Of a DNA stretch of 64,000 nucleotides, positions 52,201-61,219 are shown piece by piece. Position 1 is the stretch's first letter; every line of letters begins with the position of its first letter. The notes below the pieces were generated by a model. It did no database searches. It had not been told where the DNA came from and saw nothing but the letters and a program-made list of their open reading frames with translations. A program made the position numbers and the translations under genes. This stretch comes from Octopus vulgaris (Eukaryota): contig OX597817.1 in NCBI GenBank assembly GCA_951406725.2, positions 88,598,001 through 88,662,000 of the forward strand, in the 5' to 3' direction.

Positions 52201-55200
52201 AAATAACACTTTAAAGAAATAAATGAATTTATCTGATAAATGTAATAGTGAATGAAATATATTTATAAGTGTTGGTTAAAACTAATTTATTTAATGTAAA
52301 GATATAATAAAAAAAAAGCAGTATTGTATCAATCATGAAGTTGTGGATCTGGTTGGAAGCAGCAGTATCACTATGTAACACAGTTTTTGTCCTTTGGTAG
52401 CAACTGTTATTTCCCATTTGCTTACCCCTAGAAAGTATGAAAAATGGTTATTTCCTTTAAACTTTGATTTTGTTACATTCATACAAACCCTAAAGAATCC
52501 TTCTCAACATACGACTCCTGCTCATCATTAGAAATGCATATGTCATCAGCCACTAAGGGACATGTTCAAGTGGCTATGGTCAAGCAACCGACAAACAAAT
52601 CTGTGTTAGTGAACAGAATATTTACTATAATGATACTTCTGCTTCACACTGAATCTGTCTGAAATGTAATGGAAAATAGGCCAGTTCGAAAACATTGATG
52701 TCCAGATCACAAAAGCAATGTTTGAAAAGAATAGTACTTTCCTTTGATTTCTAGATAGAAGCAAATAGGAAATGATACTTACTGACCAATGACAAAAAAA
52801 AAAAAAAACAAATAAAATAAAAATTTTGTTACACAGCGTATTTTTGTTATGTACCTTTACATTGTAAGTTTAAATTCCACCAGAATTGATATTGTCTTTC
52901 ATTCTTTTGAAATCAACCTCAAAATATTGATGCTGCTTACTCTATCAACAATAGACAGATTAAACTAACTAGGGAGCCTTTACTAAGTTGCTCAACCAGC
53001 CAGAAATAACAACCAAATTTCCCTCATATCACACATTACTACCTTATACAAGAATATCACTCATTAGGTGATGTAGTCCAAAATTCATTATCTTAATAAA
53101 GAAAAGAATGATTAAAACTGAAATGTCTTTGATCATTGTGCTAAATAAAATCAGAGGTATGAAAGCCAAGGTTAATCCTAGTAGGACAAAAACTGTGTTT
53201 TGTCAGCAACATTTCTGTATTGAATACTGTTCCTTTATAGATCTATCTGTTATCAGATGATTAAGTTAATTATTTGATGTTTCAGTGGATGGTAATTCAC
53301 AATTGTTAATTTTACAATAAACAGTAGTAGTTTATGCACTTTTTGCTGTACCTATTTACAGGTACAACTAGATGAGGGTAACAGTTTCTTTTTTTGCTTT
53401 TCTTGGCTATAGTTACACTACATCCTGATATAAATTATTCACAATATTGTGAGATTTAATGGTCAACTAATTTAGTGTTTAAAGTAAAAAGGGCAAAACT
53501 GATGTGTGTCACTTCATTTATATCAAGTAGGTAAGTGGGTGTCATATGACACCTTCATAACTTAGATAACTTAGATGTGTTTAAGCCAAAGATTGGCCCA
53601 GGCCATATCTAACTTAATAGCACCTCCTGTCAGGATCTGTTATCTTTAAGTCAAGTTTTGTGGTATATGGCCCATTCACATAGGGGGTTGTTGTTGACTG
53701 AGATGTATCCAGATATAGGTGGCTTATCTGGAACCCCTTAAAGAAGTTTGTCCAGGTTTCATTTGAAGGTGATGTGATCTTTTTCTTCTTTGATTTGTTC
53801 TGGGATAATGTTAAATAAAGCAGGGCCAGTTTGTGAAAGAAATTGTGTTACACTGAGTTTGTGTTGTGATCCTGAATTGTGTAGGGAATGTATTGCACTT
53901 TCCCCCCAGCCTTGGATGAATTCTAAATCTAATGTTAATGTTGTTTGGGAAATATTGGTTTGTCCTCCACATTGTGCAAATAATGCAGAGCTTTTAGCAG
54001 CACTGGAGAGAATAATGATTCAATGTTTTAAGGCAGTCTCAATAATCATAATAAGTCTTGCCCTTAATTTTTTTAGTGAATGCTCTCTGGAGTGATGTTT
54101 TGTTTGGTGTGGGGAGACCACAGGTGGCAGCAGAATTTTAGGTGTGGCCATATGAAGGAGGAGAAGAGGGGAATTCAGGTCCAGAGACAGGAGGAAACTC
54201 TATCTCCTTGTCTGATTGCATATGAAGACCCTAAAAACAAATAAATAACTTTATCAACATCATGGGTAACATCTTTGACAAGATTTCTCCATTGTCATCA
54301 GAGCCTTAAAATGCCAACTTTACCTCTGTGAAAACTGCATTCAAGATCTGATCAAAAAGTATCCGGACTGTTGCCATAGTAACGAAGCTAAAGCATGCAG
54401 AGTGAAGCTGCTTGGCACAGATTGACCTTGACCTCTGCTGTGCATGCACACTAACTTTTAACATTCTAGCTCACTTCTCCTGTTTACAGCAGTGCTTGGA
54501 AGTAACATGTGTAACGTGTGATCGTAGTATTGAACATGACAGAGCAAGTTGTCATTGCGATACCTGCTCAGAGGCCTACGCAAAGCTGTAGAAAGTATAT
54601 GGAGAGGAGTGTATGAGCTGCACACAATTGTATGAGTGGTTTAGACGTTTCTAAGATGGCCGAAAAAATGTCGATATTGATGAACATTCTAGGAGACCTG
54701 CAATCAGTAGAACTGAGATAAACATCACAGATATGTATGCAACTGTGAGGGAAAATCGTTGAATCCCCATCTGTGAGTTATCAGAGGATGTGCAGATTAA
54801 TTACAGTTCAGTTCAGTCCATTATCATTGAAAATTTGGGTATGAGATGTGTGTCTGCCAAGTTTGTGTCAAAACTGCTTTCAACTGACCAAAAACTTAGT
54901 GTAGACCTCTGAACAGGTATCATGAAGCTTTTGGCAAAATTTGATGCAAATTCTCTGCCTAACTCACTCCTTCATGGTCAATGCAGTGATCACACATTAC
55001 ACATGTTACTTCCAAGTACTGCTGTAGACAGCAGAAGTGAGCTAGACTGTTAAAACTTAGTGTGCATGCACAGCAGAGTTTACGATCAATCTGTGCCAAG
55101 CAGCTTCACTTTCCATACTTCAGCTTTGTTACTATAGCAACAGTCCTGATACTTATTGATCAGACCATGTATGCTACAACAGCTCTTCTTGTTTGGTGCT

Positions 55201-57905
55201 GAAACTGACTAGATCTGGCCTCTCACAGCTACCCTAAAATATCATTCTAAGAATAAAGCAGTCACATAATTGAAATCTTGAAGAAAGTCTGGTGGAAAAA
55301 TTTATTTCACAATCATCTTTTTTTCACTCATTTGTACAGTACGTTTTAGCAAGTGATTTTTTTCTCCCCTGCAAGTGAAAATTGGTTGGCAGAAACTGTA
55401 AACATGTTGTATATTGATACTTGTGCATGTGTGTGTGAGTGTCTATAAAATGTTGGCATTGTCTTTTTGAAGGGTCAGCTGATGTTTGTTTAAATCTTGT
55501 CTATTTCTCAGAAAGGTATCAAAGTGATAAAGCAATGTTCCGAATTGTCTGACACTGGTTTGCAAACAATGGTCAGATTGCTAATGCTACAAATTGACCT
55601 CCGAATAAAAACAAATGAACCACTGAGTGTTTATACAGCTCAACATGCCCTGGATGTTTATGTTAAAGTGAAAGAACTTGTGGAAAATAAGGTAAGTTAT
55701 TTTTGCTGTTAATTTTGTTTGTAATGCTATTTATGCTGTTTTCCATTGTTTTATATCGTTAAAATGGTCACAGATTGATTGAAATCATGGTAGACTAAGA
55801 AATTATATTCTCCTGTGATCAGAATATGCACTAAATATTTTGCTATTACCAACTACATAGGCAGACTCGAACTGAACTCTTAGACCTTCGGCATTTAAAC
55901 TGGCCATATCTGGCCCAAATATTCTACCTATTTTATGTTCAAATTGGCCATATCTGGCCTCTCACACCTCCCCTACAATGTCATTCTAAAAATAAACAAT
56001 CACATCATTGAAATATTGAAACTGAAAGATTACGTTTGAATAATTAAAAACAATGTGAGTATATAAGCATTACATTTGACAGAATAGCCTGAATGCTAAA
56101 GGGTTAAACCAATAGAACATTTGTTAATCACATAATAAAATTATGAATTTTTAGTAATAAAATGTTAATGTAAGAATGCAAACATGAAGTTCTTAAATTA
56201 TGTACTATGGTGCATTTTCTTATTCTAAATATTCTTTTACATTTCTTTTCAGCTTCAAACTCTTTGCCCAAATATTCAAGCTAAAAAGCTGAAGAATGTA
56301 TATTTACCATTCTTAGATATATTAGCTGATATTGATCTCCGTGTTGCTCTTATGTCTGTCAAATATTCTCAACACACTGATGTTAACGAGTAAGTTTACA
56401 GCTGAATATTTGGTTATATATTTATCCTTACTAGTTCATTCAATCTTTGGATTCTTGTTTAGACCCAGATCAGATGTGACATCTTGAGCAAACCTTGGAA
56501 CCAAGCTGTTCCAACCATGACCTTTCCTTTAAGCAAAATCATTACATTATCTAATATTTCCTTTTTTTTTAAGGTGGTGAGCTGGTGGAATCATTAGCAC
56601 ACCAGACAAAATGCTTAGCTGTCCTTACATTCCAAGTTCAAATTCCACTGAGGTCAACTTTGCTTTTCATCCTTTTGGGGTTGATAAATTAAGTACCAGT
56701 TGAGTGCTGGGCATTGATGTAATCAACTTACCCCCTCTCAAGAACTTGCTGGCCTTGTACCAAAATTTGAAACTAGTATTTTCTTTCTTTTCCCAAAATA
56801 GTAGGGTGCTGTATAAGGAACATTTGGCTACTATTTCTAGATATGTTTCACAAGATATGTTTCATGGATTATTTTAGTTTGCAACAGATACGTTATTTTT
56901 CAATTCAGCCTATAATCACATGTTGGAGGACCATTGTAGATAATTTTAAGATATTATTTCAAATGTTTGGATACTTTACACATTCTTTCACTCAGTATTT
57001 TGCATTAAAATACTTTTGTGTTTTACATTTTGAATAAAAACTGTTAAGCCATTACATCTTAATAGTTTTGTTCATTTAAAAAATTTTGATTCAGAAATTA
57101 TTAAACTGTATATAACTCCCAAAGGCATAAGATATTTTTAAGAGTTTATCTTTTTTAATTAATATAAGTGGTAGATGAAAAATAAATCCTCACTGAATTT
57201 ATCTATGTTTGCCTTTCAATGATTACATTACTGGCAGCTTGATAAGGGGAACCTATATAGAATAACTATTTTGTTCACAAATAATAACATTTTTTGTAGT
57301 GATTTCAACTCACAAGCCATGATCTGGTTGTCCAATCCCAGATACTCTCAAACATTTCATTTCAATTAGTATCAAAACAACAATAGTTTATTTCAAAATA
57401 ATCCTTGGATTTCTTTCAGTTTAACGAGTGTTGAATCTAAGCAAAGAAACAAGATTTTCAATTCCCTTGAGTTATTAAATGAAGCTTTCTTGTTAAATCG
57501 ATCAAATAATTCCTATCGACCCAGTCTTAGTATGGAGATATTGCTGCAAACTGGTGAGTGATAAGGAATTTATATCTTTTACTTTTTACCTTCTACTTGT
57601 TTCAGTCATTTGACTGCAGCCATATTGAAAAAAGATAATATCGATACAGAAGAATGTCTTTTAAATTTCCAAAAGGAATACATAAATTGTAAATCTGTAG
57701 ATGTATTTTTAACTAAGTAATGTTTTGTAAATTATTCTTTAGATCCTCATGCTGTTACTTAGAATAATTGTCTTTAGGTTTATGATAGGAAGCAGATGAA
57801 AGACTGACTTCTCCTGGATAATATGAAAGGCTACTGCATGTGTGTGTGTGTGTGCACATGAGCATAAATGTATATATGTGCAGATATATACATGAGCATG
57901 GTTGT

Positions 57906-57951
<46 letters not shown>

Positions 57952-60781
57952 CTTTCCTTCTTACAAGGTTAGGGGCATAAGAGAGGCCCTGGTTAGTAGG
58001 CTTTATTCTCACTGGCCTGATAACACATCTGTGTCAACCATCTTTAGCTGCAGCCAGCTTTGGCCATCTGAAGCAAAATTTGTTTCACCATTCCATTTCT
58101 TTTTTTGTTGGGTGCATAAAATTGTAACATATATGATATTTTCAATCAGAAATATTTTTGCAAAACTGTTGTATGTGGGACTTACTACAGTTTTGAAAAA
58201 TGCTAAACTGTTGTACTACACTTTAACAATTTTCATATCTTGGCATCTGAAGCAGTGGGAGATACGACAGTTTGACCAAAAGAATCAGCTATTGCAAGCA
58301 AAAATGAATATTTTGAAAGAAATGTATTTGACCAAATTTGGACATACAACAGTTTAACATAATAGCAACAATATATATATATATATATATTTGTAATATG
58401 TATTTAAAATAATGAAGATGGCTATATGCAATGTAAAACCAAAAAGGAAAAATTCAGTTATCACTGATTGTGATTGACACTGCAGGGTAGCTCTTACATT
58501 GCTAGAATAAGAGCTAAGAGCCCTTATAGCCACACGAAAAACATGTCTATACACTAACAGGGGAGATAACTGCAGCACAGTGGATGAGATTTATATGTTT
58601 ATATATATATATATATATTTGACATGGGTGATTCTTTCTTGTCTTGGGATTCACTGTCAAACAGCTACGTGGAATTGCATGAAAAATTACACAGATGTGT
58701 AGAATGATCCGGTGGTGATGCTGGGCTTTGTATTTTTTTCATAGCTTCCATGGTTACCGAAATAATCTGCTATAATAATACTCTTGTGTTTATGAATGAG
58801 AAAGGAAGGGGTGACAAATGAATAAGGAAAGATGGGGTGATGTCATACTTGGTAGCATACACTAAAAAAAATAAATTAAACATCATTTCAACTCTGTGTG
58901 AGTATATGTGTATGTATGTAAAGGGGGGGGAGTATGTGAATGTGTGTGTGTGCGTGTGCATGTGCAATGGAAGTGGGATGGTTCATCTTTGTTTGTTTAG
59001 TATTTGGGTTTATTTTTTATTTGGTTGAATCTTGGTTGGTTTTTTTCTTTTGTTGGTCAGTTATTTTTAGCATTTTGACAAGAAAAAAGTCATTCTAAAA
59101 TTGTTTTTTAACATAAGTGTGCCCAAAGAAGTTGAATGCTTACACAGAGCAGGTTTTACAGCCACATCATCCAAACTGACCAAGTGAAACCGGGCTTAGC
59201 TGCTAGTATATATATATATTTATGTATATATTTTGCAGGTAAAGTTCAAAGATTGCTGAGCAGAAGCATCCCATCAATTATACCAATCAGTTCATTTATT
59301 GAGGCAATTAAAGTTGATTATTCTGCACATCATAATATAGTGTAAGTCTTTACTACATTTTCAAATTTCCTTGTCTTAATTTTTATTCTAATATTTCACT
59401 TAGGCATTGCAAAGCTAATAAACTCGTGCAGAACTCAGTATACATATGCTTCAGAACGAAGCATTAGTCAAGTACAGAGCAGTAATAACAAAATGACAAC
59501 AAACGAATAAATAATTATCTTATGAACTTCATTGGCTTACAGCTGTTTCTGCTATAAGATGCAGTGGACTCAGAGTTGAGTGCCTAAGTAACATCTTACA
59601 GGGCCTCGGATTTTTATTTTATATCAATACAATATTCAGGATGTATAGTAGGCCATTAGTATATTGGAGAATAAATAGAATTATTATGTTTATGTAGTAG
59701 GAAGTCATGAAAGATAGTTTGTGGCACTCAGTTTAGTAATTAATAAAAGTGTGTTATGTTTCTGCCAAGTTTAATACAACATTGGCTTATTTACTATGAG
59801 CCTTACTTTTGTAAGTTGGAAAGCAAAAAAGAAAGCTGCAATTATTCCAGAAAGATGAATGTTCTTCTGAGACCATAATGTTTCCATTTTATTGAAATAT
59901 AATTACAAAAAAGATAATTTCTACTCATTGAAATTGTTGATTAGCTGGTAAATAACACTGTGTAACACGATTTTTGTCCTTGGGTAGCAACTGTTATTTT
60001 CTATTTGCTTATCCCTAGAAAGCATAAAAAATGGCCAACATTTCCTTCAAACTTTGCTTTTGTTACATTTATTCAAACCCCAAAGAATCTCTCTCAACAC
60101 ATATCTATGATGCTCCCCTCTATTCCTCCCCATGATCAGAGATGCACATATTGTCAGGCACTAAGAGACATGTTCAACTGGTTAAGGTCAAGCAGTTGAC
60201 AAGCAAATCTGTAATACTGAGTAGAATACTTGCCACAATGGTATTTCTGCTTCAGCAACTCAGTACTGAATCTATCTGAAATGTATTGGAAAATAGGTCA
60301 GTTTCATTTTGTTGATGTTCAAGTCACAAAATCAAAGTTTGAAGGGAATAATAGCAATTTCCTTTGATTTTTAGATTGAAGCAAATAGAAAATAACACTT
60401 ATTAACCAGCGACAAAATAAAATTTTTTAACTTTGTTACACTGTGTAATTAAGGATTTACCTAAGGGTTAACTTTGATTCTTTTTTCTCTTAGGTTTAAT
60501 AAAATAAGTACCAGTCAAGTACTGATGTTGATTTAATCCTCAGTTTCCTTCCCAAGATGTGTAGCTTAGCACCTATTGAAGCTGAGGAAAATAGATAAAA
60601 AAATTAACCAAATGTTTTTATATGTATGCGCGCGTGCATGTGTGTGTGTGTGTGTGTCTTTATTATGAAAATAATCACATTTCTTCGCTGCAGATTGACA
60701 AAGAGTGCCTACCTTGAGATAAGCCTGGTTTGCTTTTCTTACATAAAAGAAACCAATATCTTCCAATGCCAAAGAGCAAAA
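700..60781 (+). CDS. CFAP54: Multi-exon gene, partial (20 internal exons, ~1032 aa): cilia- and flagella-associated protein 54-like
   Basis: 20 GT-AG exons chain without frame conflict. Peptides [40 protein letters not shown]...[17 protein letters not shown]...[24 protein letters not shown] and AYLEISL match recalled CFAP54 sequence in colinear order. No database search was run. Confidence 0.88.
1130..1497 (+). mobile_element. tRNA-derived SINE, family A, near full length
   Basis: head tgtgtggtaagaagtttgcttcccaaccacatgg, central (TG)n and tail ending tgaaacgagtaaaa recur many times in the window. Confidence 0.75.
2168..2330 (+). mobile_element. SINE family A, 5' part
   Basis: same head as the copy at 1130. 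Confidence 0.7.
2364..2621. repeat. Imperfect fold-back (inverted repeat) with a degenerate hammerhead motif; probably Penelope-like derived
   Basis: gccaaataaacacacac...ctttgtctggaaatc is the reverse complement of gatttcttggcaaagg...gtgtgtttatttggc; CTGAAGA-GGTCAC..GTGACT-AAA at 2511..2539. Confidence 0.65.
3180..3800 (+). mobile_element. Possible highly decayed Penelope-like 3' fragment
   Basis: CGxxxC-like remnant, gct-GAAA-CAGCTA motif near 3760; weak. Confidence 0.3.
4207..4445 (+). CDS. CFAP54: CFAP54-like exon 2 ([15 protein letters not shown]...YNTNK)
   Basis: ttttcag acceptor; gtaaga donor; phase 2 to 1. Confidence 0.9.
5200..9097 (+). mobile_element. RTE-clade LINE, near full length, inactivated
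   Basis: APE endonuclease (GTLNV, CIQE, YAPQ, GDFNGH, SQIDYIL), RT ([35 protein letters not shown]), C-terminal RGRPRKTW; stops and frameshifts; (GAT)n tail 9058..9097; 5' boundary approximate. Confidence 0.92.
5532..8438 (+). pseudogene. Disrupted endonuclease/reverse transcriptase ORF of the RTE LINE
   Basis: ORF-track pieces 5532..6146, 6679..6948, 7012..7374, 7429..7758 and 8163..8438 are consecutive parts of one broken ORF. Confidence 0.9.
9712..9950 (-). mobile_element. tRNA-derived SINE, family D
   Basis: reverse-strand head gtggtttagtggtttgagtgttggactcat; similar to 42526, 47270 and 61882. Confidence 0.6.
10172..10321 (+). CDS. CFAP54: CFAP54-like exon 3 ([13 protein letters not shown]...YIAGRFY)
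   Basis: open frame absent from the ORF track; weak aaag acceptor; gtaagt donor; phase 1 to 1. Confidence 0.8.
10437..10866 (+). mobile_element. SINE with family A head and RTE-type 3' tail
   Basis: family A head; ends ccaacccatgcaagcatggaaaa...gttaaaataatgatgat like the RTE 3' end. Confidence 0.7.
11770..12085 (+). mobile_element. SINE family A (decayed)
   Basis: head and tail similar to the copy at 1130. Confidence 0.6.
12224..13119 (-). mobile_element. Internally deleted mariner element
   Basis: TIRs tgaggtggtgtcaaaaggttcctggactagtt / aactagtctgggaactttttgataccacctca; transposase remnant [20 protein letters not shown]. Confidence 0.82.
13319..13507 (+). CDS. CFAP54: CFAP54-like exon 4 (QSSRVTGEE...SYSQTI)
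   Basis: tttttccag acceptor; gtatgt donor; phase 1 to 1. Confidence 0.85.
14158..14312. repeat. Compound microsatellite (TCCA)n(CA)n(TACA)n(CAAA)n
   Basis: seen directly. Confidence 0.95.
14313..15537 (-). mobile_element. Decayed Tc1/mariner-superfamily transposon
   Basis: C-terminal motif PDLNPLDY...; N-terminal HTH-like remnants; short tgcatc termini. Confidence 0.75.
15924..16011 (+). CDS. CFAP54: CFAP54-like exon 5 ([29 protein letters not shown])
   Basis: tttaccttcag acceptor; gtaagt donor; phase 1 to 2. Confidence 0.88.
16102..16560. mobile_element. Two SINE fragments, tail to tail (+ 16102..16265, - 16320..16560)
   Basis: family A head and tail sequences in opposite orientations. 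Confidence 0.6.
16823..17144 (-). repeat. 3' LTR of the Gypsy element
   Basis: direct repeat with 19666..19805; adjacent PPT. Confidence 0.85.
16823..19805 (-). mobile_element. Gypsy-type LTR retrotransposon, decayed, lacking RT/RNaseH
   Basis: 3' LTR 16823..17144 (TG..CA) with PPT aaaaggggaga; partial 5' LTR 19666..19805; PBS tggcgacaaggat at 19652..19664; gag remnant, protease ([10 protein letters not shown]), integrase ([20 protein letters not shown]). Confidence 0.88.
19806..20100 (+). mobile_element. SINE family A, 3' part, abutting the truncated 5' LTR
   Basis: similarity to 1240..1497. Confidence 0.65.
20257..20427 (+). CDS. CFAP54: CFAP54-like exon 6 (AAFQSW...[17 protein letters not shown])
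   Basis: ctactag acceptor; gtaatc donor; phase 2 to 2. Confidence 0.88.
20567..20793 (+). mobile_element. piggyBac-like MITE
   Basis: ttaa|cccttt terminus; related copies at 40829 and 55880. Confidence 0.6.
21651..21717 (+). CDS. CFAP54: CFAP54-like exon 7 ([22 protein letters not shown])
   Basis: tctacag acceptor; gtaggt donor; phase 2 to 0 bridges the flanking exons. Confidence 0.85.
21961..22133. repeat. Fold-back palindrome (83-bp arms, 7-nt spacer) carrying hammerhead motifs on both strands
   Basis: 21961..22043 is the reverse complement of 22051..22133 with about 4 mismatches. Confidence 0.9.
22054..22100 (+). ncRNA. Minimal type-I hammerhead ribozyme motif
   Basis: stem I CTGT/ACAG, core CTGATGA (22062..68), stem II ACG-GCAA-TGG, GAAA (22079..82), stem III ACTC-A-GAGT, GUA cleavage triplet. 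Confidence 0.7.
22246..22660 (-). mobile_element. mariner remnant
   Basis: minus-strand [15 protein letters not shown] motif; end resembles the element at 54342. Confidence 0.6.
23644..23844 (+). CDS. CFAP54: CFAP54-like exon 8 ([10 protein letters not shown]...NGHYLK)
   Basis: tttcag acceptor; gtataa donor; phase 0 to 0. Confidence 0.88.
24255..25100 (+). mobile_element. Old 5'-truncated RTE LINE fragment
   Basis: decayed RT C-terminal region and ccaacccatgcaag tail. Confidence 0.65.
25235..25836. mobile_element. Cluster of SINE fragments
   Basis: similarity to the SINE families repeated elsewhere in the window. Confidence 0.55.
25838..26102. repeat. (TA)n/(TG)n compound microsatellite
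   Basis: seen directly. Confidence 0.95.
26405..26668 (+). CDS. CFAP54: CFAP54-like exon 9 ([10 protein letters not shown]...DPGNLK)
   Basis: tttcag acceptor; gtaagt donor; phase 0 to 0. Confidence 0.9.
27519..27670 (+). CDS. CFAP54: CFAP54-like exon 10 ([10 protein letters not shown]...YGPQ...NVIPDEDES)
   Basis: tttttag acceptor; gtaagt donor; phase 0 to 2. Confidence 0.87.
28511..28877 (+). mobile_element. Helentron/HINE-like non-autonomous element
   Basis: 5' aacaagagc..aaacctctgccaagg; 3' hairpin acctctgctttcactaaggtggaggt; gtttcaaccaaatcc core; internal (CAAA)n. Confidence 0.55.
29137..29262. repeat. (CT)n(CA)n microsatellite
   Basis: seen directly. Confidence 0.95.
29714..29751 (+). 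CDS. CFAP54: CFAP54-like 38-nt exon 11 ([12 protein letters not shown])
   Basis: pyrimidine tract plus ttag acceptor; ggtaagt donor; supplies the phase 2 to 1 change needed between exons 10 and 12. Confidence 0.6.
29990..30390 (-). mobile_element. 3' fragment of a second RTE-like LINE family
   Basis: minus frame [26 protein letters not shown]...LRFLGH. Confidence 0.65.
30850..31760 (+). mobile_element. 5'-truncated RTE LINE fragment
   Basis: [12 protein letters not shown], Cys-rich insert, SFCYLG, RLHWFGH. Confidence 0.8.
32079..32340. repeat. (TACA)n/(TGCA)n/(GACA)n microsatellite
   Basis: seen directly. Confidence 0.95.
32341..34357 (+). mobile_element. Decayed RTE LINE (endonuclease C-half through RT and PHD-like insert)
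   Basis: [44 protein letters not shown]. Confidence 0.88.
35481..36170. mobile_element. Two tRNA-derived SINEs of family C (+ 35481..35675, - 35955..36170)
   Basis: ggcagcaagctgacagaatcattagcac head; gactttgcctttcatcc core. Confidence 0.65.
36268..36414 (+). CDS. CFAP54: CFAP54-like exon 12 (DNGDMSQ...LEQIKGLLL...ETKI)
   Basis: cttgtag acceptor; gttagt donor; phase 1 to 1. Confidence 0.82.
36478..36790 (+). mobile_element. SINE family A
   Basis: similarity to the copy at 1130. Confidence 0.7.
37208..39870 (-). mobile_element. 5'-truncated RTE LINE, same family as 5200..9097
   Basis: (GAT)n tail 37208..37250 on the minus strand; [16 protein letters not shown]; colinear with 6335..9097. Confidence 0.92.
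40426..40600 (+). CDS. CFAP54: CFAP54-like exon 13 ([13 protein letters not shown]...PSSLK)
   Basis: ttttgtag acceptor; gttaga donor; phase 1 to 2. Confidence 0.83.
40829..41045 (+). mobile_element. piggyBac-like MITE
   Basis: ttaa|cccttt terminus; homologous to 20567. Confidence 0.55.
41826..42125. mobile_element. Inverted pair of SINE A heads (+ 41826..41990, - 42003..42125)
   Basis: tggatttggtaga versus tctaccaaatcc; cttcccaac..catggttc versus gaac..tatgtggttgggaag. Confidence 0.7.
42273..42448 (+). CDS. CFAP54: CFAP54-like exon 14 (KSQENTT...[10 protein letters not shown]...EHCK)
   Basis: ctaac branch plus cctgcag acceptor; gtaaaa donor; phase 2 to 1. Confidence 0.85.
42526..42705 (+). 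mobile_element. SINE family D
   Basis: tggcttagtggttag A-box-like head; gttcttgagcaaaacactt core. Confidence 0.55.
44760..45775 (-). mobile_element. Penelope-like element 3' fragment (GIY-YIG C-terminus plus 3' region)
   Basis: peptide [47 protein letters not shown], typical of PLE endonuclease C-termini; hammerhead-like core at 44821..44920. Confidence 0.75.
45957..46230. repeat. Imperfect fold-back (~104-bp arms) with hammerhead remnants GAAA-CAGCTG-TA
   Basis: ttacagctgtttcagat.. versus ..atctgaaacagctgtaa. Confidence 0.8.
46553..46777. mobile_element. piggyBac-like MITE
   Basis: TTAA|cctttttgttacc ... ggtagcgaaaggg|TTAA. Confidence 0.7.
47270..47570 (-). mobile_element. SINE family D
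   Basis: reverse-strand tRNA-like head with gagttcaattccc B box. Confidence 0.65.
48253..48681. repeat. Near-perfect inverted repeat, 200-bp arms, 29-bp spacer
   Basis: 48253..48452 is the reverse complement of 48482..48681; 2 mismatches seen. Confidence 0.95.
48853..50940 (+). pseudogene. Disrupted Tigger (TIGD1-like) transposase
   Basis: ORF pieces 48853..49185, 49468..49722 and 50368..50940; stops, frameshifts and a SINE insertion. Confidence 0.85.
50148..50397 (-). mobile_element. SINE family C inserted in the transposase, 16-bp TSD
   Basis: TSD tcacctgaaaatattc at 50132..50147 and 50398..50413; gagttcaaattcc B box. Confidence 0.9.
51175..51350 (+). CDS. CFAP54: CFAP54-like exon 15 ([10 protein letters not shown]...NNICQ)
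   Basis: ctaac branch plus cctatag acceptor; gtaagt donor; phase 1 to 0. Confidence 0.85.
51420..52170 (-). mobile_element. mariner remnant
   Basis: [10 protein letters not shown] motif; ttgggttgtc terminus. Confidence 0.55.
52369..52838 (+). mobile_element. TIR MITE, copy 1
   Basis: termini cactatgtaaca / tgttacacagcg|ta; homologous to 59956..60445. Confidence 0.7.
53690..54200 (-). mobile_element. CR1/L2-like LINE 3' fragment
   Basis: minus-strand remnants [30 protein letters not shown]. Confidence 0.55.
54342..55169 (+). mobile_element. mariner-derived element with ~200-bp inverted ends
   Basis: 54342..54539 is the reverse complement of 54973..55169; internal [27 protein letters not shown]. 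Confidence 0.85.
55512..55691 (+). CDS. CFAP54: CFAP54-like exon 16 (KGIKVIKQC...ELVENK)
   Basis: tttctcag acceptor; gtaagt donor; phase 0 to 0. Confidence 0.85.
55880..56107 (-). mobile_element. piggyBac-like MITE
   Basis: ends tgctaaaggg|ttaa; reverse homolog of 20567. Confidence 0.6.
56253..56389 (+). CDS. CFAP54: CFAP54-like exon 17 (LQTLCP...LKNVYLP...TDVN)
   Basis: cttttcag acceptor; gtaagt donor; phase 0 to 2. Confidence 0.85.
56572..56780 (+). mobile_element. SINE family C
   Basis: ggtggtgagctggtggaatcattagcac head; gttcaaattcc B box. Confidence 0.7.
57420..57553 (+). CDS. CFAP54: CFAP54-like exon 18 (LTSVESK...MEILLQT)
   Basis: ctttcag acceptor; gtgagt donor; phase 2 to 1. Confidence 0.85.
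58600..59206 (+). mobile_element. Non-autonomous Helitron-like element
   Basis: 3' hairpin-like accaagtgaaaccggg followed by CTAG|T at 59203..59206; 5' boundary approximate. Confidence 0.5.
59239..59341 (+). CDS. CFAP54: CFAP54-like exon 19 (GKVQRLL...AHHNI)
   Basis: ttttgcag acceptor; gtaagt donor; phase 1 to 2. Confidence 0.85.
59956..60445 (+). mobile_element. TIR MITE, copy 2
   Basis: termini cactgtgtaaca / tgttacactgtg|ta; homologous to 52369..52838. Confidence 0.7.
60694..60781 (+). CDS. CFAP54: CFAP54-like exon 20 ([11 protein letters not shown]...QRAK)
   Basis: ctgcag acceptor; gtaagt donor; phase 2 to 0. Confidence 0.83.
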
Positions 60782-61009
60782 GTAAGTTGCTTATTTAACT
60801 TAACCCTTGAAGAACTTACAAAATATACTTTTTCAATAATGTCTAGCATAGCTGTGGTAAGAAGCTTGCTTCCCAACTATATGGTCCTGTGTTCAGCCCC
60901 ACTGCATAGAACCTTTGGCAGGTCTGCTATAGCTTCAGGCTAAACATAACCTTGTGAGTTGAATTGGTAGATGGAAACTGATAGAAATTCATTGTTTACA
61001 TATATATAT

Positions 61010-61200
61010 ATTATCCTCATCCCCATTTAACATCTGCCTTTCATGCTGGCATGGGTTGGATGGTTTGACAGAGGCTGGTTAGGCTGAAGACTGCACCAGG
61101 CTTCAGTGCCTGTTTTGGCTGAGTTTTTTACAGTTGGATACCCTTCCTAACACCAACCATCCAACAGAGTGGACTGAGTGATTTTTACATGGCAACAACA
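61010..61200 (-). mobile_element. RTE 3' UTR fragment
   Basis: catttaacatctgcctttcatgctggcatgggttggatgg matches 37250..37290. Confidence 0.7.
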
Positions 61201-61219
61201 CTGAGAGGTTATGAGAAAA

